From Acanthaster planci (Eukaryota), in contig NW_019091358.1 in the NCBI RefSeq assembly GCF_001949145.1, positions 868,961 through 932,960 on the forward strand: DNA of 64,000 nt, in the 5' to 3' direction. Made by a program: the position numbers and the translations under genes. The notes beneath the pieces are model-generated. The model worked only from the letters and a program-made list of their open reading frames with translations, ran no database searches and had not been told where the DNA came from. Positions 39,087 through 52,369 of the stretch are shown here, piece after piece. How positions within the stretch are numbered: position 1 is the first letter of the stretch; each line of letters begins with the position of its first letter.

Positions 39087-39308
39087 TTCAGGGAAGCTCT
39101 CTGCTACTTACTAACCTGCAGGAGGTTTGAAAGAAACCTTGCGATCGGCCCCACAACCAACCCGTGTAAGAACAATGCCATCCTACCGAGCACACTGAGG
39201 GCAAAACTGGGATTCCCTTTACGAGCCAAGTCTAAAGGCGGGGAAGAGAAGCTGCAAGCGGTAGGAAGCGTGCGTGCATCCCTTCATCCTCCTGGAGCAA
39301 CGGTATAA
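39087..39308 (+). CDS. Opsin A exon 5 (helix 8 and C-terminal tail, stop)
   Basis: Acceptor ttacag| at 39086. Encodes FREALCYLLTCRR...GATV-stop. The five exons total 1119 nt, which is 372 aa plus stop with no frame break. Confidence 0.88.
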   Translation, partial: FREALCYLLTCRRFERNLAIGPTTNPCKNNAILPSTLRAKLGFPLRAKSKGGEEKLQAVGSVRASLHPPGATV

Positions 39309-42300
39309 GAGATTAGGACACAACAAGTCTCTGCAAGATTGGACACTGATATTGTTAGACTGCAGTGGCAAGAAACAAAATTACTGCAAATGCGAAGCTG
39401 GTTGTCAGGGCCCCAAAGGAGTTGCTGAGCAAAAAATATAGATTAAAAGAAAAAAAATGGTAATCAGTTACACGGAGCACACTCAGATCATTGCTCGAGC
39501 TCCGTGAAATTAACCCTACAGGCATTAGCCTTTTGGATCGAGTTCGGGGCCGCTCGTTCTTGACACGGGTTTCTTGTTCTCGCACTCGAACAGCGGGAAC
39601 ACGACCCAAGAACACTATTCTCGGAACAGGATCACACACCACCTGTAGGGCAATCTGCCGTCCTTTATAGTAAGCTAAATCACTCTCATGGTCATCAACT
39701 CTATCCACACAGGAATGAACTTGTGCCAAGTAACTAGCTTAGCTTAGTAGGTTGTAGTAGGTTTAATCTGAAACTAATGACATTATGGAACAATATTGTG
39801 TATAAACATATATGTCATCATGACAATTAACATCACGTGTTCAACATAAGCATATAACATACATGTACATGTAATTATGAACCAATCGAGGTCTGACATG
39901 TCCAACAGAAATAGTGATAATTATCAGAAATGTGATGCAATAATATCCCTCATTGTAAATGCAAGATACAGAATAACATAGACGTAATTATAGAGACCAA
40001 CGCCCCAAGAAGTCATGAACCAAAGACACTCACGACACTGCTGAGCACAGGCTAAAACCAACAGCAAAATAGCATAAATGACGCTGATAAACTCCCAAAA
40101 TCACCACTAAAAATGGCATTAAAAGAAGCAAACTTTAGTTCTTTTAGTCTCCAAACATTTCCAAACATGTCACAAATAGGCCTATCTTGCAAACGGCCCT
40201 ACAATTTACAAAGTCTGCGAGCTGTGCAGTACCCGGGCCTCATATGTACGTACAAAACTAGTGTAAATATAGTGTGGCGACCAAACTTGGACCACGTGGG
40301 TGAGGCGAGGACTATTGATCTCTCACGTATTTTGGTATAGGTTCAACACAGAATAACGTCCAGCCTAATTTGGAGCGGAAAGGCCCGCTTTGCACCACCA
40401 CTTCGTCAGGTTTTAGCACGAACACACGGAAAAACGCGCGGGATCTTGGTGATCAGCTGAAAAAATAACGAGATGGCCGACAAACTATTTTTGTATAAAT
40501 TAACATTAATAATTTTTCACAACACACAAACGAATCCTCCCTTTTAAAGAGGAAAGAACGCAGCCTAGAATTACAAAGACTAATCCTTGAAACGTTACAT
40601 AGACGCAGTTATGTTGCATGTTGCTTGTCACTCATAGCCCACGATAACCAATTGTATGTGTTCGGCGTTCAAGCGGTTGACCCACGAACAATAATTTGTG
40701 CAGTTCACGAACATACGAGAGCACGCTGCTCAGCCTTTGAAGCACAGCGGACACAATAGCAGGGCACTATTTGAAGTGGGTAAATTTGGAAGAAAGAGAA
40801 GATTTTACCAAAATAAAATAGCGCCCTCTTGTTGGGTCCACCACGCCTCAATTAGGCTAATTCTTAACTGTGCAGCGCCCTCTACACTGTCAAAGGTCGT
40901 TGTTAACCAGTTCGGTATTCCAACAGTGGGTGTCCAAAGTGAAAACCGACCGAGGTCATGGGACCAGCAATACACGATATCTACCCGATCAACACAGCCA
41001 TACGCCGACTCACGCGTGCTTTTTCTCTAAAGACCCTCCCTTGTTGAAATACTGAACTGGCTGGAGGGGAGGGCGGGGGTGTTATTTATTTCTTATGTAG
41101 GCATAAAAGCATCTGCCATTGTTGTGTAACTTGGGTTGGCTATACCCCTATTGTAACACCTCACCCACAGAGTCTGTGTCTTGATTGGCCGAAAGTATGT
41201 CATGTGACACTTGCTACTTTTACCTTTTTTGTACCACCACTTCAAAAGGACTAACACATGCAGCCTCGCTTTGAAAAAGAACTATACCAGTAGCAACGAA
41301 GAACAGCATCTGTAGTAACAAAACCGTGAATAGTAACCAGGCGTGTATTTCGGCTCGTGGCGTAAACCTGTGAGTGAAGTGTTATAAAAGGAAAGAAAAC
41401 TTCTCTGTCTCTTGATCTCATGGATCGGTGATCCATGAAGCATTCTAGTTTCCCTAAGTATGCTTCGCCTCGGAAAATATAATCCTCCATGGATCACCTC
41501 GGGAGGCAAGTTTACTACACCACTCGAAGCACTCAATATTTGTATATTATTAAAGGAGAGGTATTTCAAGATCCCTGCGTAATATGCTGCTTTTTTAATG
41601 AAAATTTAATGTCAGTCCGGTATAAATCGGGGCTGGTGAGTGGGGATGGGGCAGGGGAATGACCATAATCCTCACATTGCCCGATTGCGGACACTTTAGG
41701 GTCTGGACGCAATGCGCCTTATTACACTAAGAGATGTCAATGATAGCGATGTATATGACTGGATTCATATCCCTCAAAAATTACACTCAGCCGATACGTT
41801 TAAAGCTTTTGAAGTATTTGTTTTGCGACTAGAAATTTTCAAAATTGTCACAGAGTCGCCGGGGGGGTTGATTTAATTGCTATTCCCCCACCAGAAAGTT
41901 GGGGTGTATGTCGTTGCCGTTCTCCTGGGAATTATGCTTCTGTAATCATCAGCCTAATGCAGCTGGGATATGCGACTTCGGTGTGTCTCATCAGACTTGG
42001 TGAGGCCGTCCAAACGCGTAAGCGGCATATATCACGAGTGTAATTGTAGTTTGATTCCCAACATGACAATTACGTAATTTCCCCCCTTGACTTCTTCATC
42101 TCAACTCTTGCCGACAGCAGCACTGCTTTTGCCGACAAAACTATGGGAGGTGACCCCCGGCCCCCCTTACACATACACCCTGTAACGACGCCCGTGTTCA
42201 AAAGTATCACTATACACAATTTTGAAGGGTGTGCTGCCTACCCTAGTGATAGTCACGATCCAAAATATGTGTGCGCGTGAAACTGAGCCTCAGTTCCTGC

Positions 42301-42954
42301 AATATCCCTCGCTGTGCCCACTGGGGGCCTGCACCGTTGCAGATCTCGCCCAAAATAATGAGATGCAGGAGTTTGGATCACCGTCCAACAAGTAGCTCGA
42401 GGTAGGAAGTTTTCAACTCACAAAATGTATTTGTCGTCCGTAGTTTTTCATTCTTAAAAACCGCAGCTTGTGTAAATAATTATGTCAAAATGTTTCGAAA
42501 ATACAGCCTGTAAACACGGGGGGAAAATAAATCAAAATTGAAGTAAAATGATATAATTCACACAGTCAAATTCAATCGTAGCTACGTGTCTAAATTCCAG
42601 GACTTTCATGTTGTGAAATTAGAGTTTCACTTCATCTAATACTGAGGTCAAAAACATGCATGCGAACATTAGTAAATGCTATTAACACGTAAACAGTGTC
42701 ATTTTTAGGTACAAAAACGTCTCACCCCAAAAGGTGTGCATAGTATAGATATATTCAGTTCCGGGGACTTTTGTTTTTCTGCAGACTTGATGTAAAATTG
42801 TGTATGACTGAAGAAGATGCCCGGGTAACCGTAACGGAAGATATACCTGGGAATCGCAGTCGCAAGAAAGGTTGCTCAAAGCCTCACCAAAAGCTCCATA
42901 TGAAAGTAGCGGAATTTGTTTTTCGAAGATTAAGAATACCTGAAGGAATGATCT

Positions 42955-44887
42955 ATCACTCTTATCGCAGTGTAGAAACTCTACTCACTCACTTATCTAG
43001 TCACATTCTCCAACAAATGGACATCGGAAATGTAACAGCCACTGTATTGCTAGACCTATCTTCAGCATTTGATACAGTTGAGCACACGATACTGATAAGT
43101 CGCTTGTCATCACTTGGCATTAGTGGATCTACGCTGAAATGGTTCACGTCGTTCCTAAGTGACCTTTCACAATCAGTCGGCATTAAAGATGCTCAATCCG
43201 AATCAGTCCCAGTCGTCTGTGGTGTTCCGCAGGGGTCGGTTTATGGGCCACTACTCTTCTCCGAAAACACCAATCCACTTGGACAGATAATTCAGCAATA
43301 TGGTATTAACTATCATTGTTAAGCAGATGATATTCAGCTATTCCTATCGTTCTGCCCAAGACCATCGATTGTAGCAGTTGCCATGGAAAAACGTGAGGCT
43401 TGTGTTGATCACATTAAAAGATGGATGAGCTTGAACTGTCTCCAGCTGACTGACGAAAAGTCAGCTAGCGTTCATGGTGTTTGGCAATAAATGTAACCTC
43501 GCTAGACTATATATTGCATCTGCAGTACAAGTTGGTTCTACTTCACATCCCTGCCTCTCCAACAGCTCGTATTCTGGGAGTCATTTTCGACATAAAACCT
43601 TCAATGCACACATTAAAGTCACTTCATTGGTTACCTGTACGGAATCGGACTACTTTCAAAGTCCACCTAACTTACCACATTCTTAATGGGACTGCACCTT
43701 CATACCTCACTGGTGCACTACCTCGATACAATCCAGCCCGGCATCACAGTTTGTCTCACTTGTCGTCCCTCGTGTGCAACGCTCATAGGGATCTCGGGCT
43801 ATACGGCATTCTGCAGCAACACTATGGAACAGTTGGCCGGCACATTTGCGCTCGCCTTCTTCCTTGGACACTTCACAGAAACATCTGAAGACTCACTTAT
43901 TTGTTAACTGATTGCTATAAGACCTTTGCATTGAATTTCTAATTGAATCATAATTCAGTCGGCAGCTTCCCTCCTGCTGGTGTTCTTTATTAAGGGGTGC
44001 AACAGTTGTTTTCAGTCACTTTTACTTGTACATTTAGTTGAGTTTGAGTCTTTTAATGAGATTGTTGACACCTTACAGTGGCTCAGTTAAAGTCAAACGG
44101 TGAAATTGTTAATGGGCGTAAAATATCCATTGTTTGAAGCCAGTTGATTGGAGAGGCTAGCTATAAGATATTGCTTAGCAAGTACTTGTGTTCAGCAGTA
44201 TTTAGGCAAAAAGCAGTCACAGGCAGTGAACATTGCAGGATATTTAAGCCAGTAATCACTTTTGCAAGGCAAATGTTTTTTCTCTGCCTGGCAAGTTTCT
44301 TCAGTATCCAGTATCACTGGTGTAGCGATAGCAATCTCAATGACTTGATGACTCAAAGATAAATTTAAAAGTGAATATGTTGCATTTTCAGTGAACTTCG
44401 AGCATATTTTTAGCATAAGTGTTTTACCTTAAGTCCAGTTTGGTTGACTTTAGACACTGTAATTTGTGTTAGAAGCACCAATGTTATTAAATTCCTCGTG
44501 GAATAAGAATCTATTTGAAGTATGTGCAACACCAGTGTCTTAGTTCATGTTAGTTTTGTATAGGCGAATGCATAGATTTGTAGAAAGAATTTGAGATTTT
44601 TATAAGTTATTATTAGTATTTTTTAGTGTAAATGTGCCCTTTTTGATTCTTAAATGTTGTATCGGTTTTTTGATCTTTTTATATGCCATGAAATGGAGTA
44701 TCTGCTTCATTGGTTTTGGTCTTAGGTTATCATGTTAATGTAATTGTTTTATTATTGGTATTAACTTAGTAACAAAATTATAGAAAGCTTTTTTATGTGA
44801 TTACATTATTTTTGTTACTGGAAAGCGTCCTGAACATTTAGGATGGATTTGGCGCTATAAAGGATTATTTATTTATTGTTATTATTA
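42955..44887 (+). mobile_element. 5'-truncated, decayed L2/CR1-group LINE (RT fragment, 3' UTR and TTA-rich tail)
   Basis: LLDLSSAFDTVEH, LKWFTSFLSD and GVPQGSVYGPLLF motifs, YADD mutated to stop-ADD at about 43320, and LKSLHWLPV. It ends in gcgctataaa..tatttattgttattatta. Boundaries are approximate. Confidence 0.85.
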
Positions 44888-46022
44888 ATACCTCTCAGTT
44901 TTCAAGTCTACAGTTATGAACATCGAATCGTTTATATAAGGCTGAAGTTTTGAGTAATTCTGTTTTTAGTTAGGACATTAAATAAATGTCTCCCCATAGC
45001 TCATAGGCAAGCGACGAAGCCACCTCGAAGCCGTGTATTGAAAAATAGCCCTAGGCTTTCAACCACAAGGTGCAGCACCGTATCTCTATTAAAGTTGTAC
45101 TTGTTTTAAAAAAAAAAAATTCGTGAATCATTTACAGGAGCCCGCGGAAAGTAACTCCCCTTAATGGATTTGGGATGAAGGCCAGCATCGGATAACCTGT
45201 CTTTGCCACAGATGTTTCATTAATATCAAAATGTTTTATGAAGATGGAAGCTTTATTGGAACAAAGCAACCAAAATATTAACGTGCTTGAGCGCAATTCC
45301 TTCGGATTGCATCAATTTATTATCATCCTCGTCGTTCTGTCGAAAACAGGTGCTCATTTGATTAGAGATGAAACGTGGGTTTATACGAATGCTAAAAGTC
45401 TCCAAGGCCCTGCACATGCATAATAAATTGCAAGTAAGATGCATACGGGAGAGATTTTACATATAATGCAACTTTCCTTTTAACACCGATGTTTATTGAC
45501 GAAGTATTATCTTGGAAGTCGTTTCGAATGCATGAAAAGATTTCTGCTCGTCTCTGGCGACCCCCAATACTGTTGGATTGTAATCGTATGGCTTGTGAAG
45601 CATCATTGCATGTATTGTATTTATGGAGGACTTAACATTGTATTCACAACGAATTGTAAGGAAAATCTTTGGGAAAGAAACTGTTTGTGGTTCGAGGAAA
45701 CTGTTGAACTTTATTGTTGGATGTTAGACAAACAGACGAGCCGGTGAAATTTTTGTCTGAACAAACTGCTTCTCTGGCCAAGTGCGACAGGTCGTATTAG
45801 TTTGTATACGCAAGTTCTAGTACAGAAGACCTTGAACAACGCACTGCAGTTGCAACTTTGAAATACTCTCTTTATTGTGTGTCATTTCTGCCAATGATAT
45901 ATGCTAAGTACTAAGTATTTTTCTGTACTTGGGTCATAAATACGACAGTTTAATTAAAGTGAAAGTTTCATTTTATTTTCATTTTACTCATTTTTTACAT
46001 TGCGTAACTCTTCTGGCCTTAT

Positions 46023-46674
46023 CAGAAGTGATAGCAATTCGATTTTTGCAAGTCCAAGTCAAGTCACAAGTGAATTTTCGCAAGTTTAAGTCAAGTCACA
46101 AGTCACTTGGTCCACTCACAAGTCAAGTCACAAGTCACTTGATCACAGGTCAATTCAAGTCAAGTCACAAGTCAATTTGGTCCAAGCACGCAAGTCCTTT
46201 TGTCCAAGTACAAATCAAGTTACGTTATGTGTGATTTTAAGCCACAGCCAAGTGATTCAGACGTGACCTTGGAGAGACAAGACCGAAGTAGAAGTCGCGA
46301 GCCGAAGTCTTAAGCGCCTTTCCATATGTCCGTCAATACTTGCGCCAAGCGTAGCGAATCCGTCAAAATCGCCGCCGGAGCGATTTTGACGGCCGAACGC
46401 AACGCACACGTTTGTTATGTTAATGAAGTCGATTTCTGCGTCCGTGAAAGTGAAATGCGTAAACGCATCGTGTACATACTTAAGGAAAGGCGCCTTTACG
46501 CTGATTATTTTAAGAACCCAAAGCTTGAGTTGATAAGCTTAATTTAAAACTTCTATGGGTTCGATGAAGTAATTTTACGACTTATGATGGTAACAAGTCA
46601 TAATGTGCAAGTTCAACAGTAGCGATTCGAGTTCGACTCAAGCCCCAGTCAAGTGACTCTAGTCTACACCTCTG
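46023..46674. mobile_element. hAT-type MITE with CAAGT subterminal repeats
   Basis: cagaagtg...cacctctg ends flanked by an exact 8-bp duplication GGCCTTAT (46015-46022 and 46675-46682), with dense caagtc arrays. Confidence 0.8.
46312..46496. mobile_element. Tourist/Harbinger-like MITE nested in the hAT MITE
   Basis: TIRs gcgcctttcc / ggaaaggcgc in a taa/tta context with an internal hairpin. A second copy lies at about 25015-25183. Confidence 0.65.
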
Positions 46675-49600
46675 GGCCTTATCTACAAGGTGGGCTTACA
46701 GTATAATCCACGCTGAGAGTTTATAACCGAGCGTTTTAAATCGAGCGGCATGTACTAACATGAAAAATCAGATACATGAATAGTTAATGACATCCCTTGG
46801 GGATGAGCTTTTTAAAAGGAGCTATTCTGTGGCTTCTACTGTTACAAAACGTTACATTTACATGTAACTCGAAGATTTCGATGTCTGTATTTTTTAAAAC
46901 TTGGAACGGAGAGTTAAACACGTTGATGGCGTCCGGGCAAGGGCAGGGTGTTACAACCTCGACTCCCCTCCCAGGTGACTCTGAATAGGACACTACATTG
47001 TAACATTTTGACTCTTTAATCTAATTTTAATAAATCGGAACATTAAATGCAGAGATGATGCCAAATATAGGACAGAGTTTCAATCGAAATTATGTATTTG
47101 GTATGAAACAAACGGCCTCAAAGGCTTGCTTTAATCGCATAATTTCCAATCTTCACCTATAGGACTGAGGAAAATTAATCTGCCAATCCGCGGAAAGAAG
47201 TGCAACAAAATACAAAGCAAAGTAAGGCCGTGTCCGAAACGGGCTTCCAGAGCTACGGCTAGGTCTATGTCTACGCGTCTCCACGCATTTCTAATGGAGT
47301 GAAGACCTAGACCTAGTTCTAGACAAGAGATTCGGATGCAGCCTTAGTCCTGTTAGGGTCACATGTTGTGCCAAACTATTTGGGGAAATCGTCTGGTGAT
47401 GTTTGATTTAAAATTTAAAAATGGAACACTCTCCCAAAATCTTGAATGGGCTTAGTCAAATTTGATTGGCAGACAAGCCAATGAGGTCACACGATATAAT
47501 CTTATCCATTCCAGAATATGTCTCCAGCACTGGACTACTTGAGTTCAAAATTCCATCAGCTCCAGTTTCTTCTGGAGGCAAAATGTATTCATTCAGTTCC
47601 GGCTGAAGTAGCAAAATTTATTCATGAGCTGAGATCTGAAACGCTTCTGTGTGGGCTCCAGCGCTTTTTGGTAATACTAAAATATAATGCTGACTACATA
47701 AAAGAGGAGAATGGAAGTGAAAATGAAATAATCCAAATCAACCACACGCTAAAATGGGCTACAATTTACAATACATATTAAGTTGGTTCTGAAGTGATAA
47801 ACAATGAAAAGTGCACACGATGTGGATGCAAGCCAAGGTACTAATGATTCTCTACGCAGCTGACAGGAAGAAGAGGCATTTTTAGCAGAAGCTGCAATGG
47901 ATTGTTAAATTCAAAGTAATAATGTTTTGAATGCATAACGTCAGTTCGCATGCCAGTCTTTGTTTCGTTGCTTTGGTGGTGTCCAAATTACTTGGCAACA
48001 GCTTTAAATAAGACGTATACCACTGGGAAATGTAAAAAGCCGTTCGTTGACGGTTTCCACATAGGTACACGTGCGATTTATATGTGGGCCATATGCTGAA
48101 CAAAGAAAATGTTTGCTGCCACCATGAGTCGAACTTCATCCTTGGTCCATTGATAGTAGCATATTGCAGGAAACACAAACTGTAAGAACGAGGTATTGGA
48201 CTGCAGAGAAGCACTTGCACATATGAAGCACCACTTAATAAAATTTATGGTTAAAAATTTGTATTCAAGAAGGCAGAACTGCGGCGGCTACCTAACGATT
48301 CCGCGTTGTTCCTACGCCGGCAATTAAAATGGAAATGATTGTAATTCAGCAATTTGTATGCGCTCGTAGGGACCACAACCCACAACTAGTACTGGTGGTC
48401 ATTCTTGGCATCTTGCATTGGATCAGGTTTAATATTTTGTGATTTCGTACTCTAGCAATACAAACACAATTTGTAAGCCATCAGATGTAGATTTTATACG
48501 GTTTTCAAGTTTATTGCACAAAGAGCCGCACGCACTTTGCAATCTAGGCCTATTTACTGATGAGAAAAATCAAATAAAACAAAACCTTAAATTTAAATGT
48601 TACCAAACCAATGAATGAAACGTTCAAATAAAACGAGGAGAGAGGCTACGACAGATTGCATTTAAGATGAAAATAATACTTTAAATTCTGAATTGTTTAC
48701 ATGCAGTTCGTTTGCCGCAATGCTCAACCCTTCAAAATAGAGTCATTGGCAAACAAAAATTCATTATAAACTGCGGTTTACAATATCTGTATTGCGTGTA
48801 CTATCATCAAAAGTTCTAGATCTGCAATAGACAAGAACTGTTTTCCACCAGTAGGGAAAGAGTTTGGAGTCAACTTTAGACCACCGAAATGATAACATTC
48901 ACAAAGTGGCATCAACAAAACCTATGGAAAACGCGTTCTTGTGCTCGCTTGATATTCAGGGGATGATCGGTGAACATGTCGCCTTGAGACAAAAGGCCGT
49001 GCCTGCCTTCGAAGGAAAGCTTTGAAATCCAATCATAGAATGGATTCCCTGTCGGTATGATGACGGCATGTCATGCTGTGTTCAACAGGATTGTACTCAA
49101 AAGATCCGTGGAGACATTCGTCAAAACAAAGCAGTGTTTAACATAATCCAGTTTTTATCCTCTTCATGGCCGACGCGTCGGCCATCGCAACGGTGCTCAC
49201 GCTCCTCCCTGGAGCGACACATTTGTATGACATTTGGCATGTATGGAGAACACACTCATTAGTTTTGGTGAAATTGACGCGAGGTGTTACTAAATCACAC
49301 ATTTCTTCACTGTGAGTAAGCATTTCTCCCTTGCGCGTGATCGTGGTAAAAGTTAACATGCTATATAATGCACCCAATCAGAATTTTTACAGTTTTTAAG
49401 ACAAGGTTTTTAAAGATCTGTGTTCAGATTTTATAAAAATGTGTTCGTATCGACATAGGGGGGGGGTTGAAGAGAAGGAATTTTGTATGGGATTGTAATA
49501 CTGGGGAATATAACAGGTCCCACCCTCCGCGCGCTTCAGCGACTCAGTGGGAAACTAAAGAACCAATCAGGCCCAAAAGGATTAGAATTCTGTCTCATTT

Positions 49601-50761
49601 TACAAAGTTGTATTCGCATACTTGTCTCAAGTAAATGAAAAAAAGTTTATGAAAAACCTGGGGTACCCAGCACGTGATAACATTCCTAGAAGCGGTGCCC
49701 GGGAATATAATGACGCCTCTGACTCGATGGTGGCTCTACGTTATTTTTCTTGCACCTGACTACTATCACTCACTTTGTCGAGCCATCATTCAAATCTAAT
49801 CTAACAATTGTCAATGGAGATTAATCACAATGGCTGCCAGGACCTGAATTGTGACGCCATTCTCCGTTTAGGTTCTTCGGTACCTAAACGGCATTTTTTT
49901 TCTGGCTATTCCAGCATTAGACATCAGGAATTTTACTATATGTTTCGAGCATGTTTGAGGAAAAGTGTGCAAGGTAAGTTGAAATCCCAAACACCAGAAA
50001 GAAGAAAATTAGGCCTATACATATTCCCATTAAAAGCACTGCGCTAAAGTATGGTGCGATATGCGTTCTATTATGGAAGAAACAATCATAAGAAATCGTT
50101 TAACGTAGTTCGAAAAAGGATTGTCTTAGTTCTATTAAACTGTGTAAAGAATAATGCTTGGACTGAGATTGCAAATAATGATTATTTTGCCTCTTTTGCC
50201 CTGTATAAGGCTACTGCTGGCCGCAAATCTCTCTAAAATTGACACACGTCAAGGGCAAGTGAAAGTGTATCCGGTAAGAGCCCAAAACACTAACTTCTTG
50301 ACGCTTTCCGAAGAATTTAAAAATTCCTTATGGCTTGGGATTGAACGATGAACACGTGACCCTATGAATTTACATCTATATATACGAATAAGAGTGTAAT
50401 ATGAAAAAATCCCAAACCGCCCTCTACCGGTTACCTGTGCACAATCCAATGATGTCATGTACCTAGTCAAGCATTATCCCGCCTAATTAAGAACTGCCGA
50501 ATACAACTATCATAGGGGAGACGGATACACACCTCTTCAGATAACATCAAAATACACATTCAAAAGTAATGTTGAACAGAAATTCACGAGTCAAATAAGC
50601 CTGATTTGGGAGGGCTTTATTATTTTGGAGGGGTGTTGTTAACAGCTGAGGTGCAGCGTGCCCGTCCCGGGCAAGTGGTCGATAAACCGTCAAAGGTGAA
50701 CGAACAGACGTACAATATACATTTAAATCATGAAGGATCTACCGCGCGCCCGCTGAATCTG

Positions 50762-50777
50762 ATGCAAATCTATAAAT
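50762..50777 (+). promoter_or_regulatory. Candidate core promoter of opsin B exon 1a (octamer plus TATA)
   Basis: ATGCAAAT (50762-50769) directly before TATAAAT (50771-50777), about 140 nt upstream of the ATG. Motif match only. Confidence 0.4.
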
Positions 50778-50918
50778 GAGAATCCTCAGGTCAAACAAGC
50801 AGACACTTTTTCCTTGTCGCCGATTGAAACAGTTATTTGCACTGCTGCGCCTTTAGCCGACCATTCTGGGCGGGTTGCCTGTTTCAAGTTGGTTATCTGT
50901 CCGTGACACGCACCGGTC

Positions 50919-51249
50919 ATGAATACCACATTGCAAAGTGGTGTCTTGAGCCCGACTGAGCCCAGCGGCACCTACGACGGAATTCCCCAGGCTGTCTTCG
51001 ATGTCACCTCGGTCTACCTGGGTCTTCTCACCTTCTTTGGTATCTTTAACAACGGGCTGGTTCTCGTCTTGTATACCCGGTACAAGACCCTGCGGAATCC
51101 TGTCAATCTCTTCTTGATAAATATCAGCGTCGGCGACCTGAGCGTGTCGGTGCTCGGAAGTCCCTTCACGTTCGCCGCTAATGTTGCCCGGAGGTGGATA
51201 TTTAGCGCCGGGGGCTGTACCTGGTACGCCTTCATCGTCACGGTTTGTG
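50919..51249 (+). CDS. Ciliary-type opsin B, first exon copy 1a (N-terminus to mid-TM3)
   Basis: ATG at 50919. Encodes MNTT...FGIFNNGLVL..LRNPVNLFLINISVGD..GSP..WIFSAGGCTWYAFIVTVCG. Donor g|gtaag is phase 1 at G121. Confidence 0.92.
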
Positions 51250-52369
51250 GTAAGTTTAATGATAATTTTGATTTCCACTTGACACCATCTACCCTCTTTC
51301 TGCCCCTTTGTTTAGCATGTCTATAACAAAAAGACCACTAGAGTGCCTATCAGGTTGGTCACTCCATCATATCTCAGCAACCGACCGAGTTAGTGATTAT
51401 CAATGGAAATACAATTCAGTGGACATCATCTTTTGATCTTGGTCATCGTGGTTAGTCTACCAGGTGAACGTAGAAACTGAAGTGTCAGTTTCTATCACTA
51501 TTTTGCAGGTAGTCTTGAATCATTTATTATTTATTCTTATATTGAATGAAGGTGTAAAAAAATCAATTATCTTATGTCAAGTGAATGAATGAGTTTCCAG
51601 CAATTGAAATTTTGTTCTATTTGGTTCTTTTTTCGCTTAGGCTGAAAGTAAATTTCCACTGTGTAAAACGAGGAAGTTGGTCAATTTAGTCGATACAGAG
51701 AGATAAATGGGTAACAAGACGGATGAAATCGGCGGGAAAGACAGTGCCAGAATTGTATCCAACCATCGTATTTGATTTAGGAAACCCGGAATATATCTTT
51801 CTTGTATAATTCCTATAAATATATTTGCGAGTGCGATTATACATATATTTTTGACCAGCTAGTGTTTGGGTGATTCTCTCTTCCTGCGACATACGTTACC
51901 AAAAATAATCTTTCGCAGGTTATTAAGGAGAGCTTGCATTGACGTCACAGTTAGGAACTTGAAGCGCAAACGAATTACTGAGCGCGACTCTTACTTCGTT
52001 TTATTAGTCTAGATTTGTTCGGATGGGTAAGCTTTTTTGAAATTTTTCTAACAACGGCGCTTCGTGGTTTAATAATGGGTTACTTTGTCGATGTTATTTT
52101 GCGTGCAAATGACCAAGACGTTGCTGTGACCTGCAACGTCCGGTTGTTGACAGGCGGACCATACACGGTGTTTCCCATTTGGCAGTATAATGCATCGGCT
52201 TCGTACACACTGACTAATCAAACGGCAAGAGCAAAAACTGCAGTTCAGCCACGAGCTTCTCTTACGATTGGAACAGCGGCGGATTGGGTCTGTCTCGTTT
52301 CCCATCAGTGAGCGTTCATTACGAGGCTTGCCTCTCGGTAGGGAAGACGCTAGTGGCGGACAGCTCAGC

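Noticed and set aside
39355..39729. 124-aa minus-strand ORF and the many other 60-130 aa ORFs in the track
   Set aside because: They show no recognisable domains or splice-consistent partners. They fit chance ORFs in UTR, intron and repeat DNA, or antisense shadows of real exons.
46050..46220. CAAGTC array resembling a CRISPR or satellite
   Set aside because: These are short irregular motifs without unique spacers, inside an element with TIRs and an 8-bp TSD, so they are hAT subterminal repeats. The context is eukaryotic and there are no cas genes.
50919..51249. Exon 1a as a pseudo-exon or an assembly duplicate of 1b
   Set aside because: It has no stops or frameshifts, an intact donor, many synonymous and conservative differences, and unalignable flanks. 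It is too diverged for an allelic artefact and too clean for a pseudogene, though expression is unproven.
52268..52369. N-terminal extension of exon 1b from the ORF track
   Set aside because: It starts at a TTG. The ATG at 52370 gives MNVT, parallel to MNTT in exon 1a, so the extension is probably 5' UTR.
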